NCBI GenBank assembly: GCA_028867755.1
Contig: JAGWFT010000001.1
Location: forward strand, 452,727-516,726
DNA: 64,000 bases
Source: Nitrososphaerota archaeon
GTDB lineage: Archaea; Thermoproteota; Nitrososphaeria; Nitrososphaerales; Nitrosopumilaceae
Reading direction: 5' to 3'
This document shows, in pieces, positions 19,831 through 31,044 of this stretch. The translations under genes and the position numbers were made by a program. Numbering within the stretch: the stretch's first letter is position 1; every line of letters starts with the position of its first letter. The notes under the pieces were generated by a model, which did not search any database, was not told the origin of the DNA, and saw only the letters and a list, made by a program, of their open reading frames with translations.

Positions 19831-21681
19831 ATGGCTAAAATTATTGGTATTGATTTAGGAACTAGTAACTCTGCAGCAGCAGTTATGATGGGAGGGAAAC
19901 CTACTCTTATTCCTGCGGCTGAAGGTACTACTATTGGAGGCAAAGCCTTTCCATCTGTTGTGGCATTTACTAAAGATGGCCAACTCATAGTGGGAGAACC
20001 GGCAAGAAGGCAGGCAGTAACAAACCCAGAAGGAACTGTGGTAGCAGCAAAAAGGAAGATGGGAACCGACCATGCCTTTAAGATTTATGACAAAGAATAC
20101 AAACCCCAGCAAGTTTCTGCTTTCATTTTACAAAAAATAAAAAAAGATGCAGAAGCATTCATTGGCGAAAAAATCGACAAAGCAGTGATAACAGTTCCTG
20201 CCTACTTTAATGATAATCAAAGGCAGGCTACTAAGGACGCTGGACAAATAGCAGGGCTGGAAGTTGTTAGGATAATCAATGAGCCTACTGCAGCAGCACT
20301 TGCCTTTGGCCTTGATAAATCAAAACAAGACATGAAAATAATGGTGTTTGATTTGGGTGGAGGAACTCTAGACGTAACGATAATGGAAATGGGAGGAGGT
20401 GTCTTTGAGGTAATGAGTACCTCTGGAGATACACAGTTAGGTGGAACGGATATGGACAAAGTTCTCATTGATTACATAGTTGATAATTTTAGAAAATCAT
20501 CTGGAATAGATCTTACCAAAGACAGTGCAGCCATGGTCAGAGTGAGGGAAGCTGCTGAAAAGGCAAAGATAGAGCTCTCATCTGTATTTGAAACTGACAT
20601 TAACCTTCCTTTCGTATCATATGATTCATCTTCTGGACCAAAGAACCTAGAACTGAAAATAACACGAGCAAAGTTTGAGGAGCTCATAAATCCTATCGTT
20701 GAAAGATGTAGGCCTTCTATGACAAAGGCACTAGAGGATGCAAAACTATCACCATCTGATGTCACTAAGATCATCCTTGTAGGTGGACCAACAAGAATAC
20801 CTCAAATCAGAAAATTCATAGCTACTGTGATGGGCAAGGAGCCAGAGGCAGGCGTAGATCCAATGGAAGCTGTAGCATTAGGTGCTGCTATACAAGCAGG
20901 AATCATTGCAGGTGAGGTAACAAGCGATATTGTTCTTCTAGATGTAACACCGTTAACTCTTGGAGTAGAAGTCCTTGGAGGGTTGCGAGAACCAATAATA
21001 GAAAGAAATACTACTATACCGGCTTCTAAAAGCAAAACTTTCACTACTGCGGCCGACAATCAAACTGCTGTAACCATTCACATAGTGCAAGGCGAAAGAC
21101 CTATGGCTTCAGATAATGTTTCACTTGGAAGTTTCAACTTGTCTGGCATTCCACCTGCGCCACGGGGGGTACCACAAATCGAGGTTAAATTTGATATCGA
21201 TGCAAACGGAATTCTTAATGTTACTGCCAAAGATCTTGCAACTCAAAAGGAAGCCAAGATCACAATTACAGCAAGCACCAAACTTTCAAAAGATGACATT
21301 GAGAAAATGAAAAAGGATGCTGAAACCTTTGCTGAACAAGACAAAAAGAAGAGAGAAGAGGTAGAAGTAAAAAATGAAGCAGAGCAATACATCTATGCCA
21401 CTGAAAAACTGATAAACCAAGATCTCAAGGATAAAGTATCTCAAGATCAGGGAATAAAAGTAAGTAACGCAATAAAGGAGCTCAAAGATGTTCTTGATAA
21501 GGAACCTGCTGAAATTAAGCCAAAGCTTGATGCCTTGAAAAAAATAGTAAATGACGTTACTACTGAACTTTACAAAAATGTAACTCCTCCTCCAGGAGCT
21601 GGCGCACAGGGGGCTACAGGATCTGGTGCACAGGGAGATGCAGGTTCTTCAGGCCAAGCTGCTGAGGGAACGACAAATTGA
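19831..21681 (+). CDS. dnaK: Hsp70 chaperone DnaK
   Basis: [51 protein letters not shown]. Confidence 0.98.
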   Translation: MAKIIGIDLGTSNSAAAVMMGGKPTLIPAAEGTTIGGKAFPSVVAFTKDGQLIVGEPARRQAVTNPEGTVVAAKRKMGTDHAFKIYDKEYKPQQVSAFILQKIKKDAEAFIGEKIDKAVITVPAYFNDNQRQATKDAGQIAGLEVVRIINEPTAAALAFGLDKSKQDMKIMVFDLGGGTLDVTIMEMGGGVFEVMSTSGDTQLGGTDMDKVLIDYIVDNFRKSSGIDLTKDSAAMVRVREAAEKAKIELSSVFETDINLPFVSYDSSSGPKNLELKITRAKFEELINPIVERCRPSMTKALEDAKLSPSDVTKIILVGGPTRIPQIRKFIATVMGKEPEAGVDPMEAVALGAAIQAGIIAGEVTSDIVLLDVTPLTLGVEVLGGLREPIIERNTTIPASKSKTFTTAADNQTAVTIHIVQGERPMASDNVSLGSFNLSGIPPAPRGVPQIEVKFDIDANGILNVTAKDLATQKEAKITITASTKLSKDDIEKMKKDAETFAEQDKKKREEVEVKNEAEQYIYATEKLINQDLKDKVSQDQGIKVSNAIKELKDVLDKEPAEIKPKLDALKKIVNDVTTELYKNVTPPPGAGAQGATGSGAQGDAGSSGQAAEGTTN

Positions 21682-21715
21682 TGTTATATCTGAGAATAAA
21701 TAATAATGTATAATC

Positions 21716-22822
21716 ATGAGTACAAAACGCGATTATTATGAAGTCTTGGGCCTTCAGAAAAATTCTTCCCAAGACGAAATAAAATCTCAGTATAGGAAAC
21801 TTGCTCTCAAATTTCATCCAGATAGGAACAAATCGCCAGACGCATCAGAACATTTCAAGGAAATATCCGAAGCTTATGCAGTATTATCTGATACTGAGAA
21901 ACGCAAGATCTATGATAATTATGGACATGCAGGGGTTGATGGTAAGTACAGTACTGAAGATATATTCCAAGGATCCAAAGTTAATTTTGAGGATATTTTC
22001 GGTTCTGGCTTTGAATCAATTTTTGAAAATATCTTTGGTGGGGGCGGCGGAGGTTTTAGGTTTGGTGGTTTTGATTTTGGATTTGGAAGAGAAAGAGGAG
22101 CAGATCTGGTATATGACACAGAAATAACACTTGAGGATGTTCTTAGGGGAAAGAAAGAAGAAATTGAGATTCCAAGTGACATTCAATGCAGCGATTGCAA
22201 AGGTACGGGCGCTACTCCAGGAACATCTATGAGAACATGTTCTGTTTGTAACGGTCATGGGCAGGTAAGAACATCTCGAAGTAGTGGCTTTTCCACATTT
22301 GTCACGGTTCAGCCATGTAATACATGTAGAGGACAAGGCAAGATAATCGAGAGACCATGTTCGAAATGCAAGGGATCTGGAAAGCAGAGAGGAAAGCGAC
22401 ATTTTTCGTTTGAAATTCCTGCAGGTATTGAAACTGGTGAATATAGAATTAAAGGCGAAGGAGAATCAATGTCAAATGGAGTAAGCGGCGATCTCATTGT
22501 TAGAATTAAAGTCAGACCTCATGATAAGTTCAAGCGTGATGGTGCAGACATATTCTATGATGAAAATATTTCCATGATTGATGCTACTTTAGGAAAAAAA
22601 TTAACTGTACCAACATTGGAGGGAAATGAAAAAATTGATGTTGAAGCAGGTAGTCAACCAAATACAATAATAAAGCTAAAGGGAAAAGGCGTACCGCACC
22701 AAGGAATTCGAAGCAGGGGAGATCAATATGTCAGACTTGTTGTTAATATTCCAAAAAAAATAGACAAACATCAACGAAAACTGCTTGAAGAACTACGAGA
22801 CAACCTACATCAAGAGGAGTAA
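21716..22822 (+). CDS. dnaJ: Hsp40 co-chaperone DnaJ
   Basis: J domain with HPD, G/F-rich linker, four CxxCxGxG repeats. Confidence 0.98.
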   Translation: MSTKRDYYEVLGLQKNSSQDEIKSQYRKLALKFHPDRNKSPDASEHFKEISEAYAVLSDTEKRKIYDNYGHAGVDGKYSTEDIFQGSKVNFEDIFGSGFESIFENIFGGGGGGFRFGGFDFGFGRERGADLVYDTEITLEDVLRGKKEEIEIPSDIQCSDCKGTGATPGTSMRTCSVCNGHGQVRTSRSSGFSTFVTVQPCNTCRGQGKIIERPCSKCKGSGKQRGKRHFSFEIPAGIETGEYRIKGEGESMSNGVSGDLIVRIKVRPHDKFKRDGADIFYDENISMIDATLGKKLTVPTLEGNEKIDVEAGSQPNTIIKLKGKGVPHQGIRSRGDQYVRLVVNIPKKIDKHQRKLLEELRDNLHQEE

Positions 22823-22825
22823 ATT

Positions 22826-23374
22826 TTGAGAATTGCATTAGATGTTGATGGGGTTCTTGCAGATGTCATCCATGCTTGGTTGATATACAATAACAAAGTC
22901 AGGACAACTATATTGAAATCTGACATATCCGAATGGGATTTTTGGAGGAAATACAACATAAACAAATTTGATTTCTATGAAGAGCTCTCTAGATGCTGGA
23001 AATCTTGGAAGGATATTCCTCCCACCGAAACCAACATTTCTTATGCATCAGGAGAACTCTCAAAGATGGGAACTGTGGATATAGTTACTGCAAGAGAAAA
23101 TTCCACGCATGATGATGTAAAGAATTGGCTCAAAATGCATGGTGTGATGTTTAAAAATTATGTGGGGGTGGCAGAGGGAACCGAAAAGGCAAAACTCGAT
23201 TATGATGTATTCATAGACGACTCTCCAATAAATGCAGAAAGCATGTTGGCCAGCGGTAAATCGGTAATACTATACAATCAGCCATGGAATCTCGACTTTC
23301 CTGACCCCAGGGCAAAAAGAATCTATGAGCTAAAGAATGCAATAGACATAATCAGTGAAATTAATCGTAATTAG
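22826..23374 (+). CDS. 5'(3')-deoxyribonucleotidase (NT5C)-type HAD hydrolase
   Basis: IALDVDGVLAD, IVTAR, K..LDYDVFIDDS, PWN. Confidence 0.8.
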   Translation: MRIALDVDGVLADVIHAWLIYNNKVRTTILKSDISEWDFWRKYNINKFDFYEELSRCWKSWKDIPPTETNISYASGELSKMGTVDIVTARENSTHDDVKNWLKMHGVMFKNYVGVAEGTEKAKLDYDVFIDDSPINAESMLASGKSVILYNQPWNLDFPDPRAKRIYELKNAIDIISEINRN

Positions 23375-23488
23375 CCTCTATAGCTTAATTCTATAGTATA
23401 TTTGCAATAGATTCAGTATGGATTAGAAATGATAGGTTTTTTCTTGTCATAAAAAAGACACTTATTCTGGAGTTTTAATTTCCACGTT

Positions 23489-23573
23489 GCGGGGGTCGCC
23501 TAGCCTGGTCAACGGCGTAAGGCTCAGAACCTTATCTCTTAGGAGTTCGTGGGTTCAAATCCCACCTCCCGCA
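23489..23573 (+). tRNA. tRNA-Leu (CAG)
   Basis: GCGGGGG/CTCCCGC acceptor stem, TAAGG-CTCAGAA-CCTTA anticodon arm, long variable arm, GGTTCAAATCC. Confidence 0.95.
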
Positions 23574-23715
23574 TTAAAATTTTTTTCATCAATCTTCAAA
23601 AAATTTGTAATCTATTAATCAATTGTGCGCCTTCGTGAAAAGAATCGAGTGATAATATCACATGATAAAATCAATTCTATGGTTGATGCCAAAAAGGAGT
23701 TAACACTATGTGATG

Positions 23716-25644
23716 TTAACTTTTCAAGTTTTTATTAATCTGTAATTTTATTTTGGTCTCTAATAACTGATTTATTCTCTGACCGTCTACTTTGCCTCTG
23801 AGATTCTTCATTGCAAGTCCCATCAACGGACCCATAGATCTTAATCCTTGCTGCTCTATCATTTTCATATTGGATGATACCAATTCATCTAATATATTAT
23901 TTAGATCTATATCCTCTACTGTATTGATTGCATTTTTTTGAATTGCATCTTCTATAGAACTAGATGTTTTATTCATTATACTTTCAAAGATAATCTCAAG
24001 TGATTCTTTTGCAATCTTTCCTTCTGCCAAAAACTCAAATGCTTTTGAAATATCTGAATTTTTCAGTAATTTCGAGTCAAGACCACGTCTCTCAAGATTG
24101 GTAATGGTTCCACATAGAACTGATGATACGAAATTAGGAGAAATTTTTTTATCTTTACATATGGATTCAAATAAATCCAGATATTCAGAATCAAATATCT
24201 GTACAGCAAGTTGTGAATTCAACTCATATTGTTTCTGAAGCTCCAGTAGGCTTTCTTCCCAAGATCTTGGTATCTTCTTTTTGACTCCCTCTAATTCGCT
24301 ATTGCTTACCACAATTGGTGGTATGTCAGTCTCTGGATACATTCTAGAGGCACCTGGTCTTGGTCTGAGATAGACTGTTTCCCCAGTGATTGTAGCTACC
24401 CTTGTTTCTGCAGGCACACCAATTTTGGCATCTTCTATTCTTTTGATTATGGATTCAATCACGATATCCAGTTTTTTTGACTCTCCTGCAAGAATCAAAA
24501 AGCCATCCTTTTGTTGACTTTCCAGAGTTTTTCTTACTTGTTGTATCTCCATTTCTTCAATCCCATAGTTTGGAAGCTCATCTGAATGAAAAACGCCTCC
24601 CAAACCAAAGAATCTAACTAGTTCTCCTACTTGCTTTCCAAGTCTAATTCCGGAATATGGTTCAAAACCAAACATACCTGAAAAATTCTTTATCTTTATT
24701 GCTTTTACAACAGCACCGTCAACCAGTGCTTTCTGAATGGTTTTTGATTTGCAATTTCTAAAGGCATCTGTTACATCCTTTACATCCCTTTCCTTTGCAA
24801 TTCGTTCAGTATCTAGACTTTTTAATTTCTCAGCGATTATCTTAAGACCATGTTGCCTTTTCGCTTCATATTCAACCACTTTTTCAAGCTGATCAAGTTT
24901 TTGTACTCCCTTTACTTCCACAATCCCGCCTCCTTCAATAGAAACATTGACATCTTGTCTTATTGATCCCAGTCCTCTCTGAACCCTTTTAGTTGCTCGC
25001 AATAAACGCCCCAGAGTCAATGCAATTTTCTTGATTTCTTCTGGCGTTCCGCTTACTGGTTCAAGCGCTATTTCTACTAACGGTATTCCCAATCTATCCA
25101 AAGTGTATTCTCTAAACTCAACTGAATCATTGAGGAGCTTTGCTGCATCTTCTTCTAAGCAAATGCTCTGGACGCCAATATTTTCACCGTCTACTTCAAG
25201 ATTTCCACCCAACCCAATCAACATGGTTCTCTGAAAGCCAGATGTGTTTGAGCCATCTATGACTAATTTTCTCATCACATAAATCTCATTGAAAATATTT
25301 GTCTTTAGCGCAGAAGCCATTATCAAGGCAGTTTCTTTTGAGTCAGAACTAAGATCATGGGGAGGTTCTTCATCCTGCTCAACAAGACAACTACTCTCAG
25401 GATTAGCATAGTATAGTATGGTTTTCTGTTTGCTAGATTCAAATAATGCGCTAGGATCAACTTCTCCAAGTTCACTTCTTGCTATTCTTAATCTTCTGAA
25501 GAATTTTAGAGGATAATCAGTTGACTCAATCGAAGAACAATTGCAGAATAATTTTGTGCCTGTTGCAAGCTGTTGGTGCACCTCAAGACCAACTTTCAGA
25601 CCTATTTTATCCATCTGAATTTTAGACATTTCTAATTTTATCAC
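23716..25644 (-). CDS. gatE: Glu-tRNA(Gln) amidotransferase subunit E
   Basis: KVGLEVHQQL, DGSNTSGFQRT, LDRLGIPLVEI, GSIRQDVNVSI, RPGASRMYPETDIP. The start may be a few codons downstream. Confidence 0.96.
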   Translation of the reverse strand: MIKLEMSKIQMDKIGLKVGLEVHQQLATGTKLFCNCSSIESTDYPLKFFRRLRIARSELGEVDPSALFESSKQKTILYYANPESSCLVEQDEEPPHDLSSDSKETALIMASALKTNIFNEIYVMRKLVIDGSNTSGFQRTMLIGLGGNLEVDGENIGVQSICLEEDAAKLLNDSVEFREYTLDRLGIPLVEIALEPVSGTPEEIKKIALTLGRLLRATKRVQRGLGSIRQDVNVSIEGGGIVEVKGVQKLDQLEKVVEYEAKRQHGLKIIAEKLKSLDTERIAKERDVKDVTDAFRNCKSKTIQKALVDGAVVKAIKIKNFSGMFGFEPYSGIRLGKQVGELVRFFGLGGVFHSDELPNYGIEEMEIQQVRKTLESQQKDGFLILAGESKKLDIVIESIIKRIEDAKIGVPAETRVATITGETVYLRPRPGASRMYPETDIPPIVVSNSELEGVKKKIPRSWEESLLELQKQYELNSQLAVQIFDSEYLDLFESICKDKKISPNFVSSVLCGTITNLERRGLDSKLLKNSDISKAFEFLAEGKIAKESLEIIFESIMNKTSSSIEDAIQKNAINTVEDIDLNNILDELVSSNMKMIEQQGLRSMGPLMGLAMKNLRGKVDGQRINQLLETKIKLQINKNLKS

Positions 25645-25661
25645 TACACTTGTTTTAAATC

Positions 25662-26945
25662 TTAGTCTGAAATTTCCAAGGCAATGTTCTCTTGCATGAT
25701 TTTTTCCATTTCGTTGATGTCTTTAGTATTGCCTAGTGCCCACATGGCTTTAACAAGAGCAGTCTCTGGAATCATATTTCCAAGTGGAATTACACCCAAA
25801 TTCAACAAATCTCTTCCACTATCATAAACTGTCATACGAACAATTCCATCTATACACTGTGATGTCATTCCTATGAATAGCCCCTTTCTCTTTGCACGCA
25901 GAATCGATTCGTACATTACCTTACCAACATGACCAAGTCCAGTTCCTTCAAAAATAATCGCCTTGTAGCCAGAATTAATTGCATGATCTACTAACTTTGG
26001 ATCAAAACCTGGATAATATTTCATTAGCATGACCTGGCTGTCGAAATTGATCTTCGGATTGTATGGCTTCTCTGAAGGACAAAACAATGGATTTTTTTCA
26101 ATAGTATCTTTCTTTACAATGAAAACAGGAGATCCCCCTATTGTCTGGAATGCATTTCTTTTGCTGGTGTGATTCTTCCTTACCCTTGTCCCCCAATGGC
26201 ACGCAATTTCATCATCACTTATTGAATTGTGCATTACAACAAAAATACCATTAGTATTGGTCTCTACTAAGAACCTAGCTGCTGAAATGAGATTTAATGA
26301 AGCATCTGACGAAGGTCGATCAGAAGATCTCTGTGAACCTACCAACGCTACAGGCTTTGGAAATCCAGACAATGAAAATGAGAGTGCTGCTGCTGTGTAT
26401 TGCATAGTATCAGTACCATGAGCTACTATGATACCCTTGTATTCAGACCTAGAGTATGAGTTTAGTTTTTCTGCAATTTTTCTCCAGTGCTCTGGCAGAA
26501 GATTTTCAGAATATTCAGAGAACAAAACTTCTGTATCTATGTTAGCTATCTTGGATATCTCTGGTACGCTTGCATTGAGTTCTGCAGCTGTTAGAGCTGG
26601 AGATACTCCGCCAGTTCTATAATCAATTCTGCTTGCAATAGTTCCTCCAGTTGATATCAGTAAAATTTTAGGTAACTTGGGATCTGTTTGCGGTTGTGTT
26701 GTATTCTCTTTCTTTACAGAAGGATGTGATTCTATCTCTATCTGAATAATTTTTTCAATTTGTAACCCTATGTTGTAACCGTTCTTTAGTTTGAGAACTA
26801 TATGATCATCATCACTATACTCGTATCTTGGCATCAAAATTCCTGAATACGTTGAATCTGCTTTGACTCTGACCATATTTCCTACCTCTATCTTGTTTTT
26901 CTCTAGGAACTCAAGGCTCTTTCCTTTGTATCCACTATGCGACAT
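25662..26945 (-). CDS. gatD: Glu-tRNA(Gln) amidotransferase subunit D
   Basis: STGGTIASRIDY, HGTDTM, GSQRSSDRPSSD, GTRVRKNHTS. Confidence 0.96.
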   Translation of the reverse strand: MSHSGYKGKSLEFLEKNKIEVGNMVRVKADSTYSGILMPRYEYSDDDHIVLKLKNGYNIGLQIEKIIQIEIESHPSVKKENTTQPQTDPKLPKILLISTGGTIASRIDYRTGGVSPALTAAELNASVPEISKIANIDTEVLFSEYSENLLPEHWRKIAEKLNSYSRSEYKGIIVAHGTDTMQYTAAALSFSLSGFPKPVALVGSQRSSDRPSSDASLNLISAARFLVETNTNGIFVVMHNSISDDEIACHWGTRVRKNHTSKRNAFQTIGGSPVFIVKKDTIEKNPLFCPSEKPYNPKINFDSQVMLMKYYPGFDPKLVDHAINSGYKAIIFEGTGLGHVGKVMYESILRAKRKGLFIGMTSQCIDGIVRMTVYDSGRDLLNLGVIPLGNMIPETALVKAMWALGNTKDINEMEKIMQENIALEISD

Positions 26946-26978
26946 TTGTTAGAGATTAGAATTGTTATTTTATTAAAA

Positions 26979-29180
26979 TTACCTGTAGTAAGGCACTGCT
27001 ACCTTTTCGCCTATCTTGAGTTCCTTCTGGGTTCTTACTTTTCTAACAGCTTCTTCAAAGTGTCTCATAGTTACTTTGGCGTCAGCTGCCTGTTTTTCTG
27101 CCTCTTTTTGGTCAGGGTATTTGGCAAGAAACTCATGTATGACAAGGGATACGGCTGTATTGGCAATAGATGCCACATCTGCACCACTCATTCCATCACT
27201 TGATTCGGAAATCTTGTCTAAATCTACATAATCTGGATTCTTTACACCGTCTATCGTTGGCTCTCTTACAACTGGAATATCTTTTGCATTAATTTCCAAT
27301 ATCTTCTTTCTTCCCTCTTTGTCAGGTAAAGGTACCAAAATGATTTTATCAAATCTACCAGGTCTTAGCAGTGCGGTATCAATCATGTCTGCTCTATTTG
27401 TAGCTGCCAAGACAACTACTCCGCGAAGGCTTTCTATGCCATCAAGTTCCGTTAGTAACTGGCTAACTACTCTTTCTGTTACAGCTGTCTCTCCTCCAAT
27501 TCCTCTGACAGGTGCTATTGAATCAATTTCATCAAAAAATATCACACAAGGTGATGCCTGTCTTGCTCTTCTGAATATCTCTCTTATTCCACGTTCAGAT
27601 TCCCCTACCCACTTCGATAATAATTCAGGACCTCTTACTGATATGAAGTTGGCTTCACTTTCAGTAGCAACAGCTTTTGCAAGTAAAGTTTTTCCAGTTC
27701 CACTTGAGCCATGCAATAATATTCCTCTTGGCATTCTATGTCCAAGTTTTGAATATAACATTGGATATTTCATAGGCCATTCAACCGCTTCCTGTAATTC
27801 GCGTTTGACTGTTTCTAATCCTCCTACTTCGTCCCAGCTTACATCTGGATTTTCAATAAAGACTTCCCGCATTCCAGAAGGTGTAACTTCTTTGAGTGCA
27901 TTCTGGTAATCCTCATCATTTACAATTAACTTGTCAAGAGTTTCAGGAGGAAGTTTTTCATCTTCTAAATTGAGTTCAGGTAATAGTCTTCGTAAGCATT
28001 TCATTGCTGCTTCTTTGCACAAATACTCCAAGTCTGCTCCTACATATCCGTGACTTATTGAAGCAATCTTGTCTAAATTTACATCATCACTAAGAGGCAT
28101 GTTTCTTGTGTGGATCATGAGGATGTCTTTTCTGCCCTTCTTGTCTGGCACTTTTATCTCAATTTCTCTATCAAATCTACCAGGTCTTCTAAGTGCAGGA
28201 TCTATTGCATTAGGTCTGTTTGTAGCAGAAATTACTATGACTTTGCCTCTTGCCTCAAGACCATCCATAAGTGATAACAATTGTGATACTACTCTTCTTT
28301 CTACTTCTCCTGTTACTTCCTCTCTTTTTGGTGCTATCGAATCGATTTCATCAATGAATATTATTGATGGGGATTTTTCCTTGGCCTCTTTGAAAATCTC
28401 TCTTAGTCTTGCTTCACTTTCACCATAGAATTTACTCATGATCTCTGGACCTGAAATACTTATGAAGTGAGCATTACTTTCATTTGCAACAGCTTTTGCA
28501 AGTAAAGTTTTTCCTGTTCCAGGAGGTCCATACAAAAGTACACCCTTTGGAGCTTCAATACCAAGTTTTTCAAATATTTCAGGATGTCTTAGTGGAAGTT
28601 CAATCATTTCACGGACTTTCTTAATTTCATCTGTTAGACCACCAATGTCTTCATAGGTTACTTGTGGAACACCACGCAAAGTTTCTCCTTTCTCTGCTAT
28701 GTGAAATACAGTCTTTTGAGTTACAAGTACTGCATCAGCTGCTGGTGTGACACCTATTACCTGAAAAGTAAGTCTTCCACCAAAATATGGAACCATTACA
28801 TTATCTCCTTTTATTAGAGGAACGCTCTCCAAAGCATCTGCTAGATATCTTTCATCAATTGGTGGTATTGCTTCAAGTGGAGCAACTACTACCTTTTCTG
28901 CAGCAACCGCCTTGATCTTACGTACAGCAACAGTATCTCCTATCGCAATACCGGCATTATTTCTCACAAGTCCATCTACTCTGATTATTCCTTTACCCTC
29001 GTCAGATGGATAGAGTGGAAGACATTTGGCTACCGTTCTTCTCTTACCTTTTATCTCAATAACATCACCAGTAGATGCACCAAGTGAATCCATAGAATCA
29101 TAATCGATACGTGCTACTCCTCTTCCCACATCACGTGTATATGCCTCAAGTACCTTAAGGGAAAGAGTGTTCTGACTCAT
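26979..29180 (-). CDS. cdc48: CDC48/VCP family AAA+ ATPase
   Basis: N domain plus two AAA modules (GPPGTGKT and GSSGTGKT; DEID; LRRPGRFD). Confidence 0.97.
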   Translation of the reverse strand: MSQNTLSLKVLEAYTRDVGRGVARIDYDSMDSLGASTGDVIEIKGKRRTVAKCLPLYPSDEGKGIIRVDGLVRNNAGIAIGDTVAVRKIKAVAAEKVVVAPLEAIPPIDERYLADALESVPLIKGDNVMVPYFGGRLTFQVIGVTPAADAVLVTQKTVFHIAEKGETLRGVPQVTYEDIGGLTDEIKKVREMIELPLRHPEIFEKLGIEAPKGVLLYGPPGTGKTLLAKAVANESNAHFISISGPEIMSKFYGESEARLREIFKEAKEKSPSIIFIDEIDSIAPKREEVTGEVERRVVSQLLSLMDGLEARGKVIVISATNRPNAIDPALRRPGRFDREIEIKVPDKKGRKDILMIHTRNMPLSDDVNLDKIASISHGYVGADLEYLCKEAAMKCLRRLLPELNLEDEKLPPETLDKLIVNDEDYQNALKEVTPSGMREVFIENPDVSWDEVGGLETVKRELQEAVEWPMKYPMLYSKLGHRMPRGILLHGSSGTGKTLLAKAVATESEANFISVRGPELLSKWVGESERGIREIFRRARQASPCVIFFDEIDSIAPVRGIGGETAVTERVVSQLLTELDGIESLRGVVVLAATNRADMIDTALLRPGRFDKIILVPLPDKEGRKKILEINAKDIPVVREPTIDGVKNPDYVDLDKISESSDGMSGADVASIANTAVSLVIHEFLAKYPDQKEAEKQAADAKVTMRHFEEAVRKVRTQKELKIGEKVAVPYYR

Positions 29181-29281
29181 AGTTTAAACAGCCTCAAACT
29201 AATTTTTATACCTTTGTTGTCTTTGATCCAGAGCTACAGATCAGAAGATTAAAATTTACAAGAAAGGGCACATTCGATACT

Positions 29282-30013
29282 TTGGGTAAAAGACCACTAG
29301 TGAGAAGGCGAGGACGAGGCGGAATGCAATTTCGTGCAGCTTCTACTGGTAAGTTATCTCCAGCAAAATACCCAAGATTTACTCTATCTGAACAACATGA
29401 GGCTGAAGTAATAGATATAGTCCATGAGACCGGTCGTGACGCACCTCTCTCCAGAGTGAGATTCGAAAATGGAACTTGGTCTCTTGTTCCATCTGTTTTA
29501 GGCACTAAGATAGGCTCAAAATTAAAATTTGGATTAAAGTCTGATATATCTTCTGGAAATGTCATTAGCATACAAAACATTCCAGACGGAACCTTGGTCT
29601 GTAATGTGGAAAGACATTTTGGGGACGGGGGTTCTCTTGTCAAATCTGCAGGTTCATATGCAACTGTATTTTCTCACGGTAACGAAGGTGTAACACTGAA
29701 ACTTCCATCAGGCAAGTTTACCACTCTCCATCCTCAAAATAGGGCTATGATTGGAGTCCTTGCTGGGGGAGGTTCAGGTGATAGGCCTTTTATGCGAGCA
29801 GGTGTAGCTTGGCGCAGAATGCGTTCTAAAGGACACAAGTATCCTATAGTAAGAGGTGTTGCACAAGCAGTATACGTTCACCCACACGGTGGTGGAAGAC
29901 ATCAGCACGTTGGTAGAAGCTCAACTGTTTCAAGGAACGCTCCTCCTGGACGCAAGGTTGGTAGCATTGCAGCAAGAAAGACAGGAAGAGCAAGAGTAAA
30001 AGAAAGAGCATAA
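29282..30013 (+). CDS. rpl2: 50S ribosomal protein L2 (uL2)
   Basis: MGKRPLVRRRG, VRGVA....HPHGGG, PPGRKVG.IAARKTGR. Confidence 0.97.
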   Translation: MGKRPLVRRRGRGGMQFRAASTGKLSPAKYPRFTLSEQHEAEVIDIVHETGRDAPLSRVRFENGTWSLVPSVLGTKIGSKLKFGLKSDISSGNVISIQNIPDGTLVCNVERHFGDGGSLVKSAGSYATVFSHGNEGVTLKLPSGKFTTLHPQNRAMIGVLAGGGSGDRPFMRAGVAWRRMRSKGHKYPIVRGVAQAVYVHPHGGGRHQHVGRSSTVSRNAPPGRKVGSIAARKTGRARVKERA

Positions 30014-30053
30014 TTTCTTAAAGCTAATTAATAGTTAAAGTAAAACCAAAGCT

Positions 30054-30332
30054 GTGACCTCAAAACGAGTTCATCTTTATGTTAGTGGAAAGGTTCAAGG
30101 AGTGTATTTTCGACAAAGCATGAAGGAAACAGCAGAAAAAAATAATGTTAAAGGTTGGGTAAAAAATCTTCCAGACAAAAGGGTGGAAGCAGTTTTAGAG
30201 GGTGAAGAATCTAATGTGTATGCTGTAATAGATTGGAGTCATTTTGGTCCTCCTGGATCTACTGTGGATGAAGTAAAAATCATGAATGAAGATAACGTTG
30301 AAAACTTTTCAGATTTTGAAATTCTTCCTTAA
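30054..30332 (+). CDS. acyP: acylphosphatase
   Basis: SGKVQGVYFRQS, GWVKNL.D..VEAVLEG, GPPGS.V. Confidence 0.93.
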   Translation: MTSKRVHLYVSGKVQGVYFRQSMKETAEKNNVKGWVKNLPDKRVEAVLEGEESNVYAVIDWSHFGPPGSTVDEVKIMNEDNVENFSDFEILP

Positions 30333-30658
30333 TGTATGTTTGAATAAGCATCAACGAGGAAACTCTTGATCTCATCCAAGTTTTGATCCGCCTTTATCTC
30401 TATCTCTTTTATTGGTTCTTTTCTGTCTTTTCTGATTTTTGCAATGACAGATTCTCTCTGTGGTTCAATGTCTGCAAAATACCTAAATGTCATTGACTTG
30501 CAAAACACTATCCTGTGCATTCGCACATCTTCTAGTACATTACTGCCCAATGAGAAGCAAAAATTCCGTAGTTCGTCAAATAACGGTTTTACTTTGGGTG
30601 ACAATTGTTTCTTGAAATCGTCATATGTTCTTGTATGACCAGAAATTAGACCGTCCAT
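30329..30658 (-). CDS. conserved hypothetical protein (DUF5655-like)
   Basis: 109 aa; LFDELRNFCFSLG..V.E....YFADI pattern. Confidence 0.6.
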   Translation of the reverse strand: MDGLISGHTRTYDDFKKQLSPKVKPLFDELRNFCFSLGSNVLEDVRMHRIVFCKSMTFRYFADIEPQRESVIAKIRKDRKEPIKEIEIKADQNLDEIKSFLVDAYSNIH

Positions 30659-30688
30659 ATTTTATCATTTTATCATGAAGTATTTAGA

Positions 30689-31005
30689 GGTAGTAGATCT
30701 GCTCGTTCCAGTCTAGGCAAATGACCTCGTCTCAAGTCAAGCAAGATCCGCCACGTAGACGACGCAGCGTGAATGCTCTACCTTAGGATTGCTCCCTCCC
30801 GGACCTCATCCCTTTCGGCAGTTAGAACTTGAGAACCCTCCCTTCGGACAGTCTCAGTCCTGCATCCACCCGCTTCGGCGTGATTTCATCTCCGCAAGTC
30901 AAGTGAGTATCATCCATCTAGAGATTTACCCAGCAGTTACTGATCTCTGCATATAGCCGGTTTCAGAGACAGGGCACGGCTAGCGCCCCAATCCTCCCTA
31001 CTACC
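30689..31005 (-). ncRNA. ffs: signal recognition particle (7S) RNA
   Basis: Paired ends GGTAGTAG/CTACTACC; Alu helices 3 and 4 with complementary loops TAGCC/GGCTA; helix 6 with a GAAG loop; helix 8 GAGGTCC-GGGA-GGGAGCAATC (SRP54-binding motif); 317 nt. Confidence 0.92.
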
Positions 31006-31044
31006 AAAATATAGTTTATGGTAAGATCTTTATGTGCATTAGGG

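Noticed and set aside
21585-21681. Imperfect GC-rich repeat at the end of dnaK ([23 protein letters not shown])
   Set aside because: A low-complexity disordered tail is normal for Hsp70 C-termini.
30689-31005. Alternative call of the structured RNA as RNase P RNA or a novel ncRNA
   Set aside because: It lacks the RNase P P4 GAGGAAAGUCC signature and matches the SRP helix 6/8 and Alu features.
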